Shown here: in pieces, positions 20,940-36,000 of the stretch | Numbering within the stretch: the stretch's first letter is position 1 | How the letters are laid out: each line of letters begins with the position of its first letter | NCBI GenBank assembly: GCA_000320545.1 | Contig: ADNK01001197.1 | Span: 186,001-250,000 of the forward strand | Reading direction: 5' to 3' | Length of the DNA: 64,000 bases | Source: Bigelowiella natans CCMP2755 | Taxonomy: Eukaryota > Protista > Cercozoa | Made by a program: the position numbers and the translations under genes | The notes under the pieces: generated by a model | Seen by the model: the letters and a program-made list of their open reading frames with translations, nothing else | What the model was told of the DNA's origin: nothing | Databases searched by the model: none

Positions 20940-23600
20940 TGGAAGAATTTGAAAGGCTGCTATTAGACTTGAAAATTATAGCTTGCTGTCTTGATTGCGC
21001 TGAAGATTTTGGGAGCATACTAGAGTCTTGTCGGCTACTTGATCAAACAAAAACAACAACAACAACAACGACGAGTACAGTACTAACTTGAGTAGCTGCG
21101 TGAAAGGAGAGGTTAGCACTAATTATTATTATTACTACTACTATTTATTACCTTTGAGCATTTGCCCATCGGTAGGCCCCCCCAGTCTTACCCAGAGCAT
21201 GCAAGCCATTTGGCTGCTGCTGAGGCCGTACTTGTGAGGTAGGCGTTTTCGTTCCCATGTCTTTTTGCGATTGTTGCATCTTGTTGTTTCCAACTTTTGC
21301 CCCCTTGGGTACCTGCTAGAAGCAGCAGCAGTAGTAGTAGTAGTAGTAGTAGTAGGAATGGCAGTTTTGGAGATGCGTGATTAACAATTATTACTCTACT
21401 TTCGAGTTTATATGCACAGCAGCAGCAGCAGTAGTAACAACAATCATTTGATAACGATATTGATGATGTTATTATTATTATTATTATTATCATTATTAGT
21501 CTAACCACCTGCTTTTGCCCAGCAAGCCATTTTTCTAGCATGACAGGGTCTCTGAGCAGTTTGCCGTGAATGGCCGCTGGAATATCGTTCTTAGTGTAAT
21601 AGACCATCGAAGCTTGACGGAACAAATATCTGGATGGATTGGAAAAGGCACACTCCTTGGACACCTTCTTCATTCTTCTCAGAAGTTCCAGAGTTGGATG
21701 CATCTTTGCTCGAGGCCGAGGTGTAAACATGTGAGGCTGTGATGATTCAGGATGATACTTTGCCATATGTGCCCTTCTCCTATCTTCCGTAGTAGCAGCA
21801 GCAGCAGTAGCAGCAGTTTCCCCGCATCCAAATGAAGAAGAAGAAGTAATAGTAGTAGATGTAGGCGTGGTCCCCGAGAAGTAGTCAATCATCTTATCTT
21901 CTGTGTTATTCCTCCATACTTTAGGAGTAATATTATTATTTTTTTGACGTCCTCCTGTCCTCATGAGAGTGGAGAGGCTGCTTTCTGATGGAGGTTGTGT
22001 GGTGGGGACATAACGCTTGTATATTCGTTTGGATCTGGTAGGCTTCATAGCAATACGCATCTCATCACGTGTGAGTCGTCGGGTCAAATTAGTTTTGAGG
22101 TTGTAACTTGCGACAGTCGCTGCCTGCAGCACTCGAGGAGAAGGCTCGAAGCTCACTTGCGGTCCACAAACCATGAGAAGCTTCTCTTCAAACGCTTGAC
22201 ACACCTTCAAGAATGCCTCTTCATCTTTAATGTGCCTTCCTTGATTGGACATGTTAGAGCGATATTGGGATGCAAGAAGCAACGAATCGCTGAGGATGTT
22301 ATAACCAGTAGGTTTGAGGAGAATGCGCCTTCTTATAACGTTCTTGTAGTTTCTCGTAACATGTCTGTAGTCGTGGATTTCTGCAATAAGACAACCATTG
22401 TAGAACTTTATTGGAAGCTCTTGCATCAAATTCTCAAAGAAGCTCGGAATTTCCCCGGCGTCAACTGCTTGCAGGAATATCCTGTTTTGGAGGCTGTATT
22501 TGTGGAAATTTTTGTCCCTTGAGTTCACAGTAAAACCTCCTTGGTACAAATGTAAAATGAGCGAGGCCTTTAAATCGTTTCCCATTCTATCGATTGCAAA
22601 TGCAGAGTCGCCATGTAGATCGGAAAAAAGCTGAGTTTTGGATGCCAGGTTGAGCTGCAGCTGGTGTCTAGAAAGTTTAGCCTCGAATGACTGTTTCTTC
22701 TCTCCAGGAGATAGGCCATAGCGCAACCAGCTCGGTTTCTTTTTTGCATACAATTCCGTAAATCGTGCTCGTGTTTGGACACGATCATTTTCCCTCAGCC
22801 AGTTAAATAATTCTGCCGGAGTAAAGGGACCGCGGCGGTATGGATCAATCGCCCTTTTCGTGGCTTGAAGTTGCTGATCTATAAATCTCTTCACCGCATT
22901 TTGATCCTTATTGCTCATTGCTTTCTTGACATTAATTATCTCCGTAATGTTAACGAACATCGAGGGGGGAGGGGAACGTGGGCCTGAGCTAGTGGATGAT
23001 GGGGTAGAGAGGCTGCTTTTTGATGAGTGCTTTTTAGCAGCTTTATTCGAGCCTACTATCGTAGACATTGACTTCGTGTTTCTAGGTCTTCCGCGAACAA
23101 GTCCTTTTTTCACTTTTGATTCTATAAATCTCCCGCGCTTACGCTTGATACCTGTTGGGAACACCTCGTGAATGCTTTCGTTGGTTTGAGTACTGCACTA
23201 ATGAATAATAATATGCAACAAGAACAGTTTTCTACTTTTTACTAATTGGGAGGAGAACCTTTTTTTCTAATCTGGAATGTGACAGGTGGAGCTCCCTGCC
23301 TCATGGCCTTGCTCCGCGCAGCAACTGCGGCCTTTTGCATCTAGAAATTAAAATTTGATGTTATAATAGCTAGAGATTGTTTCATGTAGTTATAGAAGAA
23401 GGGCATTGTTAACCGGTTTCCTCTTTCTTCTTATGTTTCAGGGGCGCAAGAGGCCAACAATGAGGTGTACCGTTCTGGAGAGCTGAAATGCAAGGGGACT
23501 CGAGCGGAGTCCCTTGTTGTCTGTCTGGCCCTTCTGAATCAATATTCAAAGAAATGAAGGACATTTTTCGTGTAAGACAACCATTTCTTTACGGTCTTAT
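18946..23600 (-). CDS. SPT20: SAGA subunit Spt20-family protein (large exon ~21500-23164, Gln/Ala-rich tail; 5' end uncertain)
   Basis: SLILHLYQGGF...FLQAVDAGEIP...FYNGCLIAEIHDYR...RRILLKPT...FEPSPRV is the Spt20 domain; downstream exons with (QA)n/polyA; last exon MMNGGNGGKGK* stops at 18946-18948. Confidence 0.85.
20681..20790 (+). repeat. Perfect 55-bp tandem duplication within the SPT20 locus
   Basis: GTGGGTGGGATATGTGAACTGCTGTATAAAATATAGATGCTATATGCGGCAGTAA x2. Confidence 0.95.
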
Positions 23601-23824
23601 TATTTATTTACTAATTTAATAATTTACAATCAGGTTGTTGTTGTTGCTGCTGTTGTTATCATCATCAGTCATCATCGACACAGAAGAAGAAGAGAAAGAA
23701 CAGCAAAAGCTTAAAGTGAAGAGATTGATGGAAATTAATGGTATGATTTTTAAACTTATATATGAGTGAACATAAGTTGGGCAAGTATTCAATGATACTA
23801 CTACTCTCAATACAACAACAACAA

Positions 23825-23855
<31 letters not shown>

Positions 23856-24066
23856 GACAAAGGAACTGCTACAACTACTACTACCACTACCACTACTAGT
23901 AGACAACTAACAACGGGGGAGGATTTACTTGCTTGGGGCACTTGATGGCTTTCAGGTGTCGTCTCCTCTTTACGGTTTCAACAATCTTGGCTGCCTTCGT
24001 GATCCAAGCAACTGAAGTTGCACTGATGGGAACAAGCCCTCTTCCAAAAGGTGTAGTTATTATGAT

Positions 24067-24170
24067 GTGGAAGATTGGATTTGTCAATCAGAGAGCACTG
24101 CTGCAGCCACATTTATCCGTGGAAGATTGGATTTGTCAATCAGAGAGCACTGCTGCAGCCACATTTATCC
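24067..24170 (+). repeat. Perfect 52-bp tandem duplication in the SPT20/DUF501 divergent region
   Basis: GTGGAAGATTGGATTTGTCAATCAGAGAGCACTGCTGCAGCCACATTTATCC x2. Confidence 0.95.
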
Positions 24171-24298
24171 GTCAACAGACGCACAGCACGCACACATTGG
24201 AAAACACTTTGGGCTAAAATTGATTTTTGACCTCCTCCTTTGTCGAAATAGTGAGAAACAGGGTCTTAGTGAGTGCTCTCAACCTTCGAAGGACAATT

Positions 24299-24497
24299 AT
24301 GCACGCATCATCCTCACAATCGCAGCATTTAAGGAAGCGAAATGTGGGCTCTCTTGGGGTTGTGCCTCGATCAAGATGCAGTGTTGTTGACGTGGACAGA
24401 AGTGGCAAAGGCAGCAGCTTTGCCAGCGATGCGAAGAGGAGGAAAACAAATGCACCCCCCTCGAAAAAAGACATAGATATGGTAGTAGGAACCCTTG

Positions 24498-24544
<47 letters not shown>

Positions 24545-24736
24545 CATATTTTTAGAATGTTGAAATCCGTGGTTCTTGCTGTGCTGTAGGTTAGAACCCA
24601 ACTTGGTCGACCCCCCATGGGCAAATGGTCTGTGCAAGCTTATTGTCCATCTGGCCATCCACAAGTTAGTACTTCTTTCACCAACAAATACGGAGTACTA
24701 CCGTATTTATTAGTTGTACTTTAAAACTATCTTATC

Positions 24737-24770
<34 letters not shown>

Positions 24771-24880
24771 ACATATAGAATATACATGTAATACTAATAA
24801 TAGTAACAATAAAATAATAATTTATTTATATTTATGTGTGTGTATCCTGTATACCCCCCCCTCCCCCCCCCCCCCCCCCC

Positions 24881-24961
<81 letters not shown>

Positions 24962-25269
24962 TAAAGATAAAAGAAAGTAAGTGTGAAGGAAAAGAGAGAT
25001 TCAAAAAGATAACACCAGTACTAATTTATATTGTATTACATTTTCTGTGAAAACACCAATACTGCAGGTGCTCCGCGTCCATCCTATAGCATTCCGTACG
25101 TGATTATCATTTTGTCCACACACATATAGATTATTTATTGTTCCCTGATGCAGTTGATTCTACGTTCATTCAGTATCTAACCCCCCATCACCCATCAATT
25201 TCTACTATTATGGACTACGACTGTATGAAGGGCTATAGTCGCTGTCGATATGTATATAATTACTACACC

Positions 25270-25304
<35 letters not shown>

Positions 25305-26592
25305 AGGTAAAGGCAAAGCAACGCCATTTCCGACACTTTTTTGGTTAACATGTACGCATTACCGCCAATGGATATCCAGGTAGTAGTAGCAGTAGTAGTA
25401 GTTGTAGTAGTAGTAGTAGGAGTAGTAGCAGCAGCAGTTTGATATATGCATGATAATGATCCCAGAAGAAGATGAAGAAGAAGAAGAAACAGGCTTTAAA
25501 TACATGCATGGAAGTGATCGAGGAATCATCATGATCATAACTATAACTACTCCATAAAAAGGCTCGAAGCAAACGGGACCATAGCAAAAATAAACACGAT
25601 GCTCAGTGAAAACAAGGTATCCAAGCGATCATTATCATCATCATCATCATTACTTGTTTTGACCGTTCCCCCTTCCTCCTATTTTTGTTGTTGTTTTTGT
25701 TGTTGTTTGTTGTGGGTTGAACGTCTACGTGACTAATGGAAGGACATGGCTGCTCTTTTTGAGAAACAGCAGGAGGAGTATCGTAAGATGGTAGTACGAC
25801 TAAAGAAGTTAGATATATTATATGTGTCTAACTCCTCCTCCTCCCCCCAAGTTAGATATATTATAGGTGCCTACCTCCTCCTCCTCCTCCTCCTCCTCCT
25901 CCTCCTCCTCCCCCTTTATGTAATTAACAAATCAAACGACGATGATGATATCATATCAATAATAGCGGTACGAGGCGTTGGATGAAGAAGATCTCAAGTT
26001 TCTGGAAGAAAGACCAACGATGAAGGAGAGACTCATGTCAGGATACTACCACTAAAAAACTCAAAGTAGTTATTTCTCTATCTAATCACTGTGATCACAA
26101 TCATCAGGGAGGGAGGAATCGGTGGTTCGTCTTCAAAAAATAGGATAAGGTGTGAGCTTGGCGGTAGAAGGCCCTTCTGCTTCTTCAAGAAGAATATTTT
26201 CTTATCAGAATTATCATAGTTGTTTTGCTATGATAAGTGAGAGCTATCTTTGTGTATTATCATCAGATGTTTACATGAGAACTATGCTCACTTCTTGGCA
26301 ACGGGATCAAATATTGTTGGGGTGCGTTCAAAATTGATTGCTAATGCTACTTTTTTATGAGATGGTCCTCAGAAATTCTCCTCTCACTCACATCATTTAG
26401 GAAACGGTTTCGAGTTGGGGTGCAATTCCTCCCTGTTCGTGTGACTGCAACGGGAGGGTTACAATGTCTCCCCAAGTTACTTTTCATGAGCAATCATCCG
26501 AGGAAAAAATTCCGAAATCAACATTGAAAAATGACAACAATAATAATGAGCGTGACATTGAGACTCCACACCACAATGATGTCGTGGATTGA
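24299..26592 (+). CDS. DUF501-family protein (multi-exon)
   Basis: DIDM|VRTQLGRPP, PFPTLFWLTC...ISR, GGIGG...RIR|CLHENYAHFLATG..NIVG are the DUF501 motifs; final exon ends TGA 26590-26592; start approximate. Confidence 0.8.
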
Positions 26593-27034
26593 TATGTCTA
26601 GATGCTGTAGTGCTCTATAAACGGTCTCAATAAATTCCTATTCACAAATCTTTGAAATGCATGCGTGCGAGACACCTGCCAGCAATCGCAATGTGTGGTT
26701 GTCGCAACGGCAAACGGCGCTGCGCTGACATTGCATGTGTGGCTTAGTAGTGTGCAGGTGGCGTCGGGCAGCCAAGCAGATCACAGCAAAAATAGCCATA
26801 CAAAGTACTAGTAGAGTAGCTACACAGCGCTTAGAATCACAACCGCTGGCTTGTGTTGATTAAGACCACACAGTAGAGACAGTTGTACGAAAAATGCAGT
26901 TACTACATGCATGTACATGTTGCATTCCACGCACAGCAACATGCCATTGCTCATTGCTAGATTGTTAGATCTATGAGGACGGAGTAGTACTAATAACGCT
27001 AGACCACATTCCGCACTAGCAAATCGCCTCGCAT

Positions 27035-30000
27035 TTATTCTTCGATTAGAGCTTCCTCCTCCTCATCATCAACAACTGCAGTTCCTGTCCTCATAGTTCC
27101 ATCAGCATCAATACTGTGGCAATAATTCATGGCTTTGATTATCTTCTCGCACATCGCATCGTAGTTTGTGTATTTCGGCAATTCAATTCCGAACGAACAA
27201 GTGTGTGCAATTGGAAGCCAGTTGTCCGGGTCACCAGTGGATTCATCATGAGATTGAATGACAAATTTCTGCTCAAATTCAGATTCTGCCAACGGTAAAC
27301 GCGATCTTCCCCAAACAAAATTCAAGAACATTCCCCGTTGCTCATCGTTGAATCGAGTCCTTAGCATCTTCCACATCATTTGAATGTGAGGATCATTCTT
27401 GGAATGTCCACCTGAGTATCTTGTCATCTTTTGGAGTAGATCAACGTCTTTTGCACTCATTCCCCTTCCCGCTACTTGCACCGAAAGCTCTTGCCATGTA
27501 AACAAAGACAAGTATTGACCAGGAACAACGGCAAAAAGACCCTGCCGTATGTTGGAAATCTGAACTTCAAATTCTGAGTACCGGAATTTCCGCAAATATC
27601 TAAGGAATTTCTTACGATTTTCCCATTTAAGCTGTTCGCGCTTGCCACCTGGCACCAACTCGCAATCTGTTCCATCACAAGCTTGGACGACAAAAAACTG
27701 CCCTCTCATTTTCGATGAGAAAGAATACCTAACTGTGGAATCTTCTTTACCGTCATCCCATTGATTTTCAAGTGATTTAACTTGGGAGAGAAACAAAGAA
27801 TCAATTGCGGCGACATCCAAATCGGTAATAGGACTTCCAATAAGTTGCTTCCACACAATTGGTGGCAAATTCAACGACATGACATTCTTTGATCTTATAG
27901 CAAGTCCCATCATCTTTCCCAGGAACTGAAACAAGTTGAGTTCTAAAGGTTTAGTTGCAGAGTATCTGGGTACCCATCCCTCCCTGTTGTCCCCCATTCC
28001 AATGCGACCATTAGGACATTTACAGAATAATGGTAAAACACCTGAGAGTAGTTCTTTCGATATTTTTTCTATAGAATCACGGTAAGGCCCTCCTGCATCC
28101 GTAGATCGCATACCCACATAAACAGCTCTGTACGCTCTTTGGTGAACGCCAACCTTGAAGATATCATTTCCTTTGTTTATTAGTTGCCTATAGAGTTGTC
28201 CGAAAAGGCTTAACCGTGCTTTGCTGTCTACTCGAGCTTCCATAACCAGTTTCTGCGCTGCGACTACATCTAAATTAACCTTTGGTCGGTTATCCCCTCC
28301 ATCCCCTATACATGTTTCACCTAGTGCACTTTCCCAGATCTTTTCCTTCGATTTCCAAAATATCAATCCGCTTGAGCTTCTCACGCCATCAACCAGAGCG
28401 GATATCTTTGGGGGAAGACTGAGGTTTACCAAAGGCAGCATCTCCACCACAACGTTGTTGAAAGCTTGCAAGAGTCCAATGTGGAACTGTGTTTGAATAG
28501 CAGATGGATTGAATGCAGAGAAGTGCCCTGCCATCTGAAGACTATCACAATCTTTGTCTATTTTGATCAATAGAAAATCGTGCTCTAATGCGTTCAACTT
28601 ACTATCTTTCTTAGCCCACCAATTAACCGCATTCACTAGCTCCAATGTCGCTGCCATTGGCCAAACTTTGGACAAAATATGTGCTACACACGTAAATCTT
28701 GTTATTTTTTGTTGGAATGAGCCTCCTCCTATTATGTCGATTCGATCAATGCGGTTCTTCAAGAGATTGTCGTGTTGACGTCCTCTTGCAGGGTTATTAT
28801 CTTTTTGATTCTTCTTCTTTTCCTCTTTTTGCTTCTTTTCCTTTTCCCATACAAATACCTGGGAAAGCCGAAGTGAAGTCTGTTTTTTATATTGAAGTTG
28901 CAATGTTATGCTCGATACAGGAGACCAATTAGACACATCGAATTGCAGCACTCTGAGCCCATGATGACTACCATTATCCTTTTCAGCAGTAGTAGTAGTA
29001 GTAGTAGTAGTAGTGCCATCGTCAGAGGAGGATAATAGCTCCGTGTAACCACATGATTGGCTGCTCCTATTTTGCAGATAATCTACAATATCAACTTGAA
29101 CCATATGCTTGTATGTTCTAGCAGTCTCATCGTCGCAATGATCATTCTTTGTAGTACTTGTTGTTCCTACTGCACCTTCATTGTTTTGAGTAGTAGTACT
29201 GTTGTCGAGAAGCAAGTCCCCGTACAAACGAACCAAAGTGGCTTCAAGAATGCTTTCCGTAGCAATTACAACCTCTACATGACTTACTCTACGTCCTTTC
29301 CCATTGGCATTATCATCTGTGAGCTGCACTCTCCACCAAGGTGATAGAGATGGTTTGGTGATAGAGAATAAAAGAGGAATATCCTGCCAAACACCATCAA
29401 CTGCATTATTTGCATCATGGGGAAAGTAGGATAGTAGCTGCTGTTGATGTTGTTGCTGATTTTCCTTTAATAGCGAATTAATACCATTGTCTGAGGCAGC
29501 CGAAGAAGAAGCATCATCAAGAGCAAGAACGCGTTGAAGAAACCGAGAAACCGGCTCCGTAGACGACTGCATTGCAGCCTTTAAGTATGCTAGATTATCC
29601 GAAGGCCGCCGCTGTTGTCTCTTCCGTTTCTTCTTTTTTTCTATCATCTGAACTGATTTGACATCAGCATCACTATCCTGGTTCGTACCATTGTCATCAT
29701 CATCATCGCCATCGTCATCATCATTCCCGTTGTTAGTTCTCTTTGAATCAGGGATGATGAAAATGGAAAATGAAGAAGCAGCAGAAGAAGAAGAGGCAGA
29801 AGATCCAACTTCGGTAGTAGTAGAGTTAGCAACAGGACAGGGAGAGAAGAATTCCCAGCTATCGACTATCGGTGCCATTTTGTTCCAAACATTTCCTAAA
29901 AATTCGTTTGGAAAATAAAGTTGGCGAGTCGGATCCGTGAACACTTGTATGCAAGCCTTCGACGTAAGAACATTGTTAAACCAATCTTTTGAATTGCTCG

Positions 30001-33000
30001 AAAAACCATCTTCTGGTAAGACATCAGGTATGCTCCCATCGTTTCCATGACCTAATAATCCAATGTACATATAATCGTCAATGAATCATGCATGCCTGTG
30101 TAATGGACGACCAACCACCGCAACATCATCCATCCTCACACTGTTTACTACAATCACCTTGTCCAAGAAGTTCTATTTCCTCCCCATCATTGTTAAAGCT
30201 GAAAGCAGGGAAATACGTTCCAGAGGTATCTAGATCTTTAAAACTTGGCCCAAAAGCTGTTTCCTCATTGCCAAAAACCTTTCCATCGACTCTAAAAGTG
30301 AGATTGCCCTTATCACAATCAAGAATGACATCCAACACGCCGCCAATGCGTGCATTTGCACGGTGAATGTCTTCTGTTTTGTTGCCCGCGGCGATAAGAT
30401 AACATCTTGTAGTGTCCATATTTATAGCCCACCCTTTTTGGGATGACGACGCTCCAAGTCTCTTACATCGATGATGTGAATCACATGCAACCCCCATTCT
30501 TGGATCCCCATTATTGTGTTCTGTCCACTTTATTCTCCAGATATGTTGGCCGCTATTGTATCCTTTGTTGGCAAGTGCAGTACAGTGACCCTTTTTACAC
30601 CTAAGTCTCACAGTATTTTTAACACGTTTCCATATTGCATTCGGGCCTAGAAATTTGACGTCATTGATGAGTTGAAACTTCTGGGAAATGTTAAGATCTT
30701 CTTCCTCCTCTTCCTCCTTCTTTGCATCACCATCTACAAGAAGTGTTCTATGTTTTATTTCTATATCATTACCATTATCATCAGCATTAGCAGCAGCAGC
30801 CGAAGAGAGCTCGGCTACTGGTGTTGTGAAGTATTCTAATCTGCGAGTCTTAGTAACAGTTGCTATATATTCCTTAATTGCCAAATTGAGAAGCAACAAG
30901 TTATTGAAAAATATGCTGCGTCTCTCCACTACATCTGCGTGCATAACATTCATTAAGATGTCCAAAGACTCACAGAATCGCTTTTCAAGACTGATTGCTT
31001 TACTACTACTATTTGAGGAGGAGTATTTTGCATCTTTATCTTGTTGTTCTCTCTGCTGCTGCTGGTTTGTAAGGGTTGTCAAGATAGTTGCTGTTAGCCT
31101 CATAAATACAAGTTGGGAATCCTCTCCACCTTGATGATCTGTTTTCAGAATCAACTGGAGCAACAGATTCAAAGCTTTGCTTGAGAACAAATTCATCAGA
31201 TTTTTGTGATGCTTAAACCGTTCAAGTATCCACACGACAAGGCCTATGCTTGGAGTGATGATAGTTTCTTCTTCATCTGCCTTCTCTCTTGTAATTACCC
31301 CCTTGTTATTATTAGCACCGTTACCAGAAGAGTGCCCAGAGAGGAGAAGTTGGAGATGTAAAAGCAATTCACAAGCTAATAGAGTTGATGTTCCTTCACT
31401 ATCGACGACGAGATACCTATCAATTACTTTTCCAATTGTGTCCAAATCTTTAAGGGTTCCTTTTCTTTCAACAGCTCTGATAAGCTTGATGAAGTATTTC
31501 CGCTCTTGATGACCATCCTCGGAGAAGATGGAAAATATCGAAGAATGCTTTTTCACAATCTTTTTGCCGAAATGACCTTCTTTCACATCACCATTATCAT
31601 CTTCATGAATACCATTAGTATCAAGTTTCTTGGACTCGTGTTGTTTCTCTGCTGCTGTAAGAATAACACTGTCTTCTCTGATATTACTATCATCGTTTTC
31701 ATTATGGAGAATTGCGAGAATACAATCCCTAGCGTATCCTGCACTCAAAGAGACGTCAATGTATGGTCTCAAGTATTCAAGACGTAACCTCTCGATCTCA
31801 AACCGTTGAATCTCTTTAGCAAGCTTCTCTGAAAGCCGTTTTTTCGTAGTCTTTCCTCTCCCCCTCTCTCTTAATTTCATAATGATAATTTTCTCATCAT
31901 CCACATCTAGCGATGGGAGATGCATCAGAGGATTTCTAATGGAAGAAGAAGAAGAAGAAGAAGAACCATAATATATACTATTGCTACTACTATTCTGTAG
32001 CTGCTTATTGTTGTTACTGTGTAGAGATTCTCCAATGGAACTCCTATTATGATCCCACCTCCTTAACATGCGTACGCTATTGTAGAGGGATTCTGAAGTG
32101 AGGATGCTTTGTGCAGATGCAGTTTTGCGTTTGACTTGATCTTCAGTTTTGCCCCTCTGAGACTGGAGGGTCTTTATAATTCCCTTAGACTCTATGATCA
32201 TCGTCTTCTTGTCAAAGTACGTACTACTATCTTTGAAGGAACTTTGATCCTTAACATCTTTCTTTTGCTGTTTCTGCTTTTCTAAAAGACGAGCTGCTTT
32301 TGAAAAATTGTAGGCAACCTTTTTGAGAGCTGTTAGTACTTGAGATGGTTCGAATCCCATACTCATAAGTGACACAGGCGAAATTCTTGGGGGCAAATGG
32401 GTGCTGCTGGTACTTGGGTCTAGATACTTGATTGCATTAATTTCAGAACGACTCAACGCTCCTTTTCTGATGGAAATAGACTTGATGTACACAACAGGCA
32501 TGCTTTCCGAGCATATGACCTGAAAGAATCGCTGTAAGGTGCACAATCTTAACTGATTCAAGTTCAAAGCTAGCTTAGGGGCTTTCTTTTGTTTCTTAGC
32601 GCTCAGCAAAGATGATGTGGAGAGGTATATTGATGAATCCTTTCCTCCAAATTTGCTTTTATCTTCTCCTCCCCTTTTTATTGCTAATTGAATTTCCCTA
32701 GCATTTATGTCCACGCTCAATACAATTCGTATCCATTCCGAAGTCGGAAGGATTTCTTTTGAAGATATACCACAGAGTGATAGTTTGCCCTTTTCATCTG
32801 TACTGACAATTCCTTGACTCGGATCATATTTTAGCGTATGAACACGGGCATGGTTGCTGCTTTGTGATAAATCTCGGAAAAACATCGCGGGAAAAGCTTT
32901 CTTGTCTGCACTTTCTGATGACTTTCTTTTTCGTATACGGGAGGGAGGGACAGCCTTAACTGCCCCCGTTTTCAGCTTGATCTTGTAGGTTCCATTGCCA

Positions 33001-36000
33001 CGGAGCTTCATCACTACGGCTTCATGCCAGTCTCCTCTTGTACGTGATTTATATTCAACTTGATCCCCAACCTTGACAGCATCATCTTTGCAGTCTTCTT
33101 GCCCACGATTACTTTCTTTGATGAATTTCTTGAAATCCCACATCTCAACGTCGTCATTTAGACATAACATCAGGCCAGATTCCTCATTATCATTATCATC
33201 ATTGTCATCATTTGTGTTATGATCTCCTTTTCTTCCTCCGTGAGTATGACTTTCCATCATCTGAACAACACCTTTCTGAAACCGTTGTTGTATCTGCTCA
33301 GGGGTGAGAGTTCTCGAGTAAATACGACATCCTTTGATTTTTCCGAAAAAAGCAGAAGACGGGACATGAGGATACCCGCCTAAGCTCGGTAGTAGTTTGA
33401 CATTTTGTCCTTGACCACAGTTTTTAGATGATGACTTTTCTTCGTCTGTAAAAGGCTCGATAGATTTACGTGATTGCATCACTTTCCTCCATTTAAGCCT
33501 ACAGTTTGTGCCAATGTCTATCAAATGTGTTTTTGAGATTAAATTAACAGTTGCTTTTTCTCTTCCTCTTTCTCCTCTTCCCCGCCGGTCTCCTTCTTTT
33601 TCTTCCTTTCCATCCTCCTCCTTCTTCTTCTTCCAGGACTGTCCACAATCCTCATAGTATAGAATAGCTTGTTTCGTAGTAATAGTAACTTCTTCCACAT
33701 AAGCTTTGAAGTACTTTGTATATTTGTGCCTAGTAGCCTGCTCACACACTTGCCAGAGAACTTCAATCGTATCTCCTCTACGGATATCCACCTCAAACTC
33801 TTCTATTTTCTCATTAACACCTTCTTTTGCATCGATTTTGCTCTTAGATGGTGGTGGTGGTGGTGGTGGTGCTGCTGCTGCTTCTGATATTTCGGGGGAA
33901 GATTTGATCTCAGAAAATATATCGTTTTGTTTCTCGGTAGGAGAAGTATCCGTTCTCGATATTTGCATTAGATTACCGTTGATGTAGCAAGCTGCTACAG
34001 ACTCGTTATGGACAATACAAAGATGCGTCCAAACATCTGCCTGCAAATCCACCTTATCAAAGATAAATTCCGAAGGAAACATTGACATAGTGTCCCCCCC
34101 CACATGTATACCTGGATATCCCTCTTCGTCAATAAAATAGGCTACTTGAGATTTTTTTCCATCGCTCTCCTTAAGAAATTGCACACCGTGCTTGCTGCTA
34201 GCATCCTTGTTGTCATCATCATCATGTTCTTCTTTTTCTTCAGAATGCTCTTGCTCAATCAAAGAGAAGGTTTCCGAATCACCACTGGTACTGAATGCTG
34301 GATATAATGTTAGTCCAGTCAGGTGTGTAAATGAAGGCTCTGCATCTTGTAATTTAAGTTCTTCACCATCGCAGAGAAACCTTAATGTACCTTTATCCAT
34401 GTCTAGGATCACCTTGATAGTGCCACCTTCAGACGCCGTATGAGTGTCATTTCGAGAGGTTTTTACATAGCCCCTACTGGGATCGTTGCGATCAGTCGGA
34501 TAAACAAAATAGAACCCGCCATCTCTATCAATATCCAAACACCATGCTTTGCCGTCATTTCCAAGACTATCAGTTAAGTCACTGTTCTCGAGACAAACAC
34601 CTATGCGAGGATCTCCATTTCCGTGAGCATCCCACCGAATAGTCCAAGAATGGATACCGTGGCTGTAGCCCACATTTCCCATCACACCACTATCACCAGT
34701 TCCAGTTATTGTCATGTTGTTATTTGTGAGAACCAGTCGGGTTCCTTTCCTTGAAGGTTCAAGTTGAAATGGGCCATTCCCAGGTGCCAAGAGCTTTCGT
34801 TGGCTTTGACCATCTCGTAAGCTTGCACCGCCAACATGGGATTGAGATATGAGGGTGAAAGTCTCACTGTTCCCATTGACACTGAACGCAGGGTAGAGCT
34901 CTAGCCCTTGGAGTCCTGAAAACGACGGACCTTCGCCCTTCCTTGAGTCATCTCCAAAATGGTGGCCTACCACACGTTCATTTACCAAGAAAGTAACCGT
35001 TCCTTCGTCGCAATCAAGGATAGTTGTCAAGGTCTCTCCTTCAGCAGCCGCAAAATCACGACATCTTGAGTTCTCCGTTGTAGAACTCCCTGGTACTGCA
35101 GAGGGCCACACAAGATAGTATCCTCCATTTTTATCAATATCAATACACCATGCCCAACGTCCAAGAGATGAATTTTTGTCCATTCCCTTCATAGCGACAC
35201 CTATCCTTGGATCACCGTTTCCATGCTTATCCCATCTTATTGTCCATGTATGTACTCCAGAACTATATCCTTCACTTCCTCTAACAGAGCTCTCATCACT
35301 ACCCGAAATCGTCTTGCCCATATTAGAAATTTGCATATTTCCCCCTGCGTTTATTTCTAGTAATTCAAAATCTGTAAAAGGAACGATGACTCGCTCAATG
35401 CCTGGTATCACAGATTCCATGTTAATGGATGCTGTTGCTACACACCCAAAACTGAATGCGGGTTTGAATACTCCAACGACATTTTCGAAATGACAAATTT
35501 CTTTTCGGTAAGAAGTCGTCGTTTCACCTATCATCCCTAAACAAAACTTTACGGTCTTATCATTGAAATTTGCGGATACTTTCACGCTAAAAGTCACCCC
35601 GCCATGCTTATTTCGGAATGATGAGCATGTTTTCGAATCTACTCTATAGGACTGCAGACAAGGGTGGTTTTCCTTACCATCATCATCATCATCATCATCA
35701 GCATTATTATTATCTTGCAATGCCGCCACATTTTCTGAAAGTATAAGTACACCGTAACCCTTTTGTAGGGACCCTCCCACACACCAATCCGCTGCACCTG
35801 TTCCCTCACGTCGCTTGACTTTCAAATGCTTAAAAGAGCCATACTGCTTGATTTTCTCAGGCACAATTCCAATTCCAACTTTAAATTCTTCACCACCCCG
35901 ATGGGTAGTGACCTCTATCGTCCATGTATGCACACCTTTCTGGCATATCGTATCTGCAGCGACAGTGAAGAATTCGTCTAGAATATGATGATAAGGAGTC

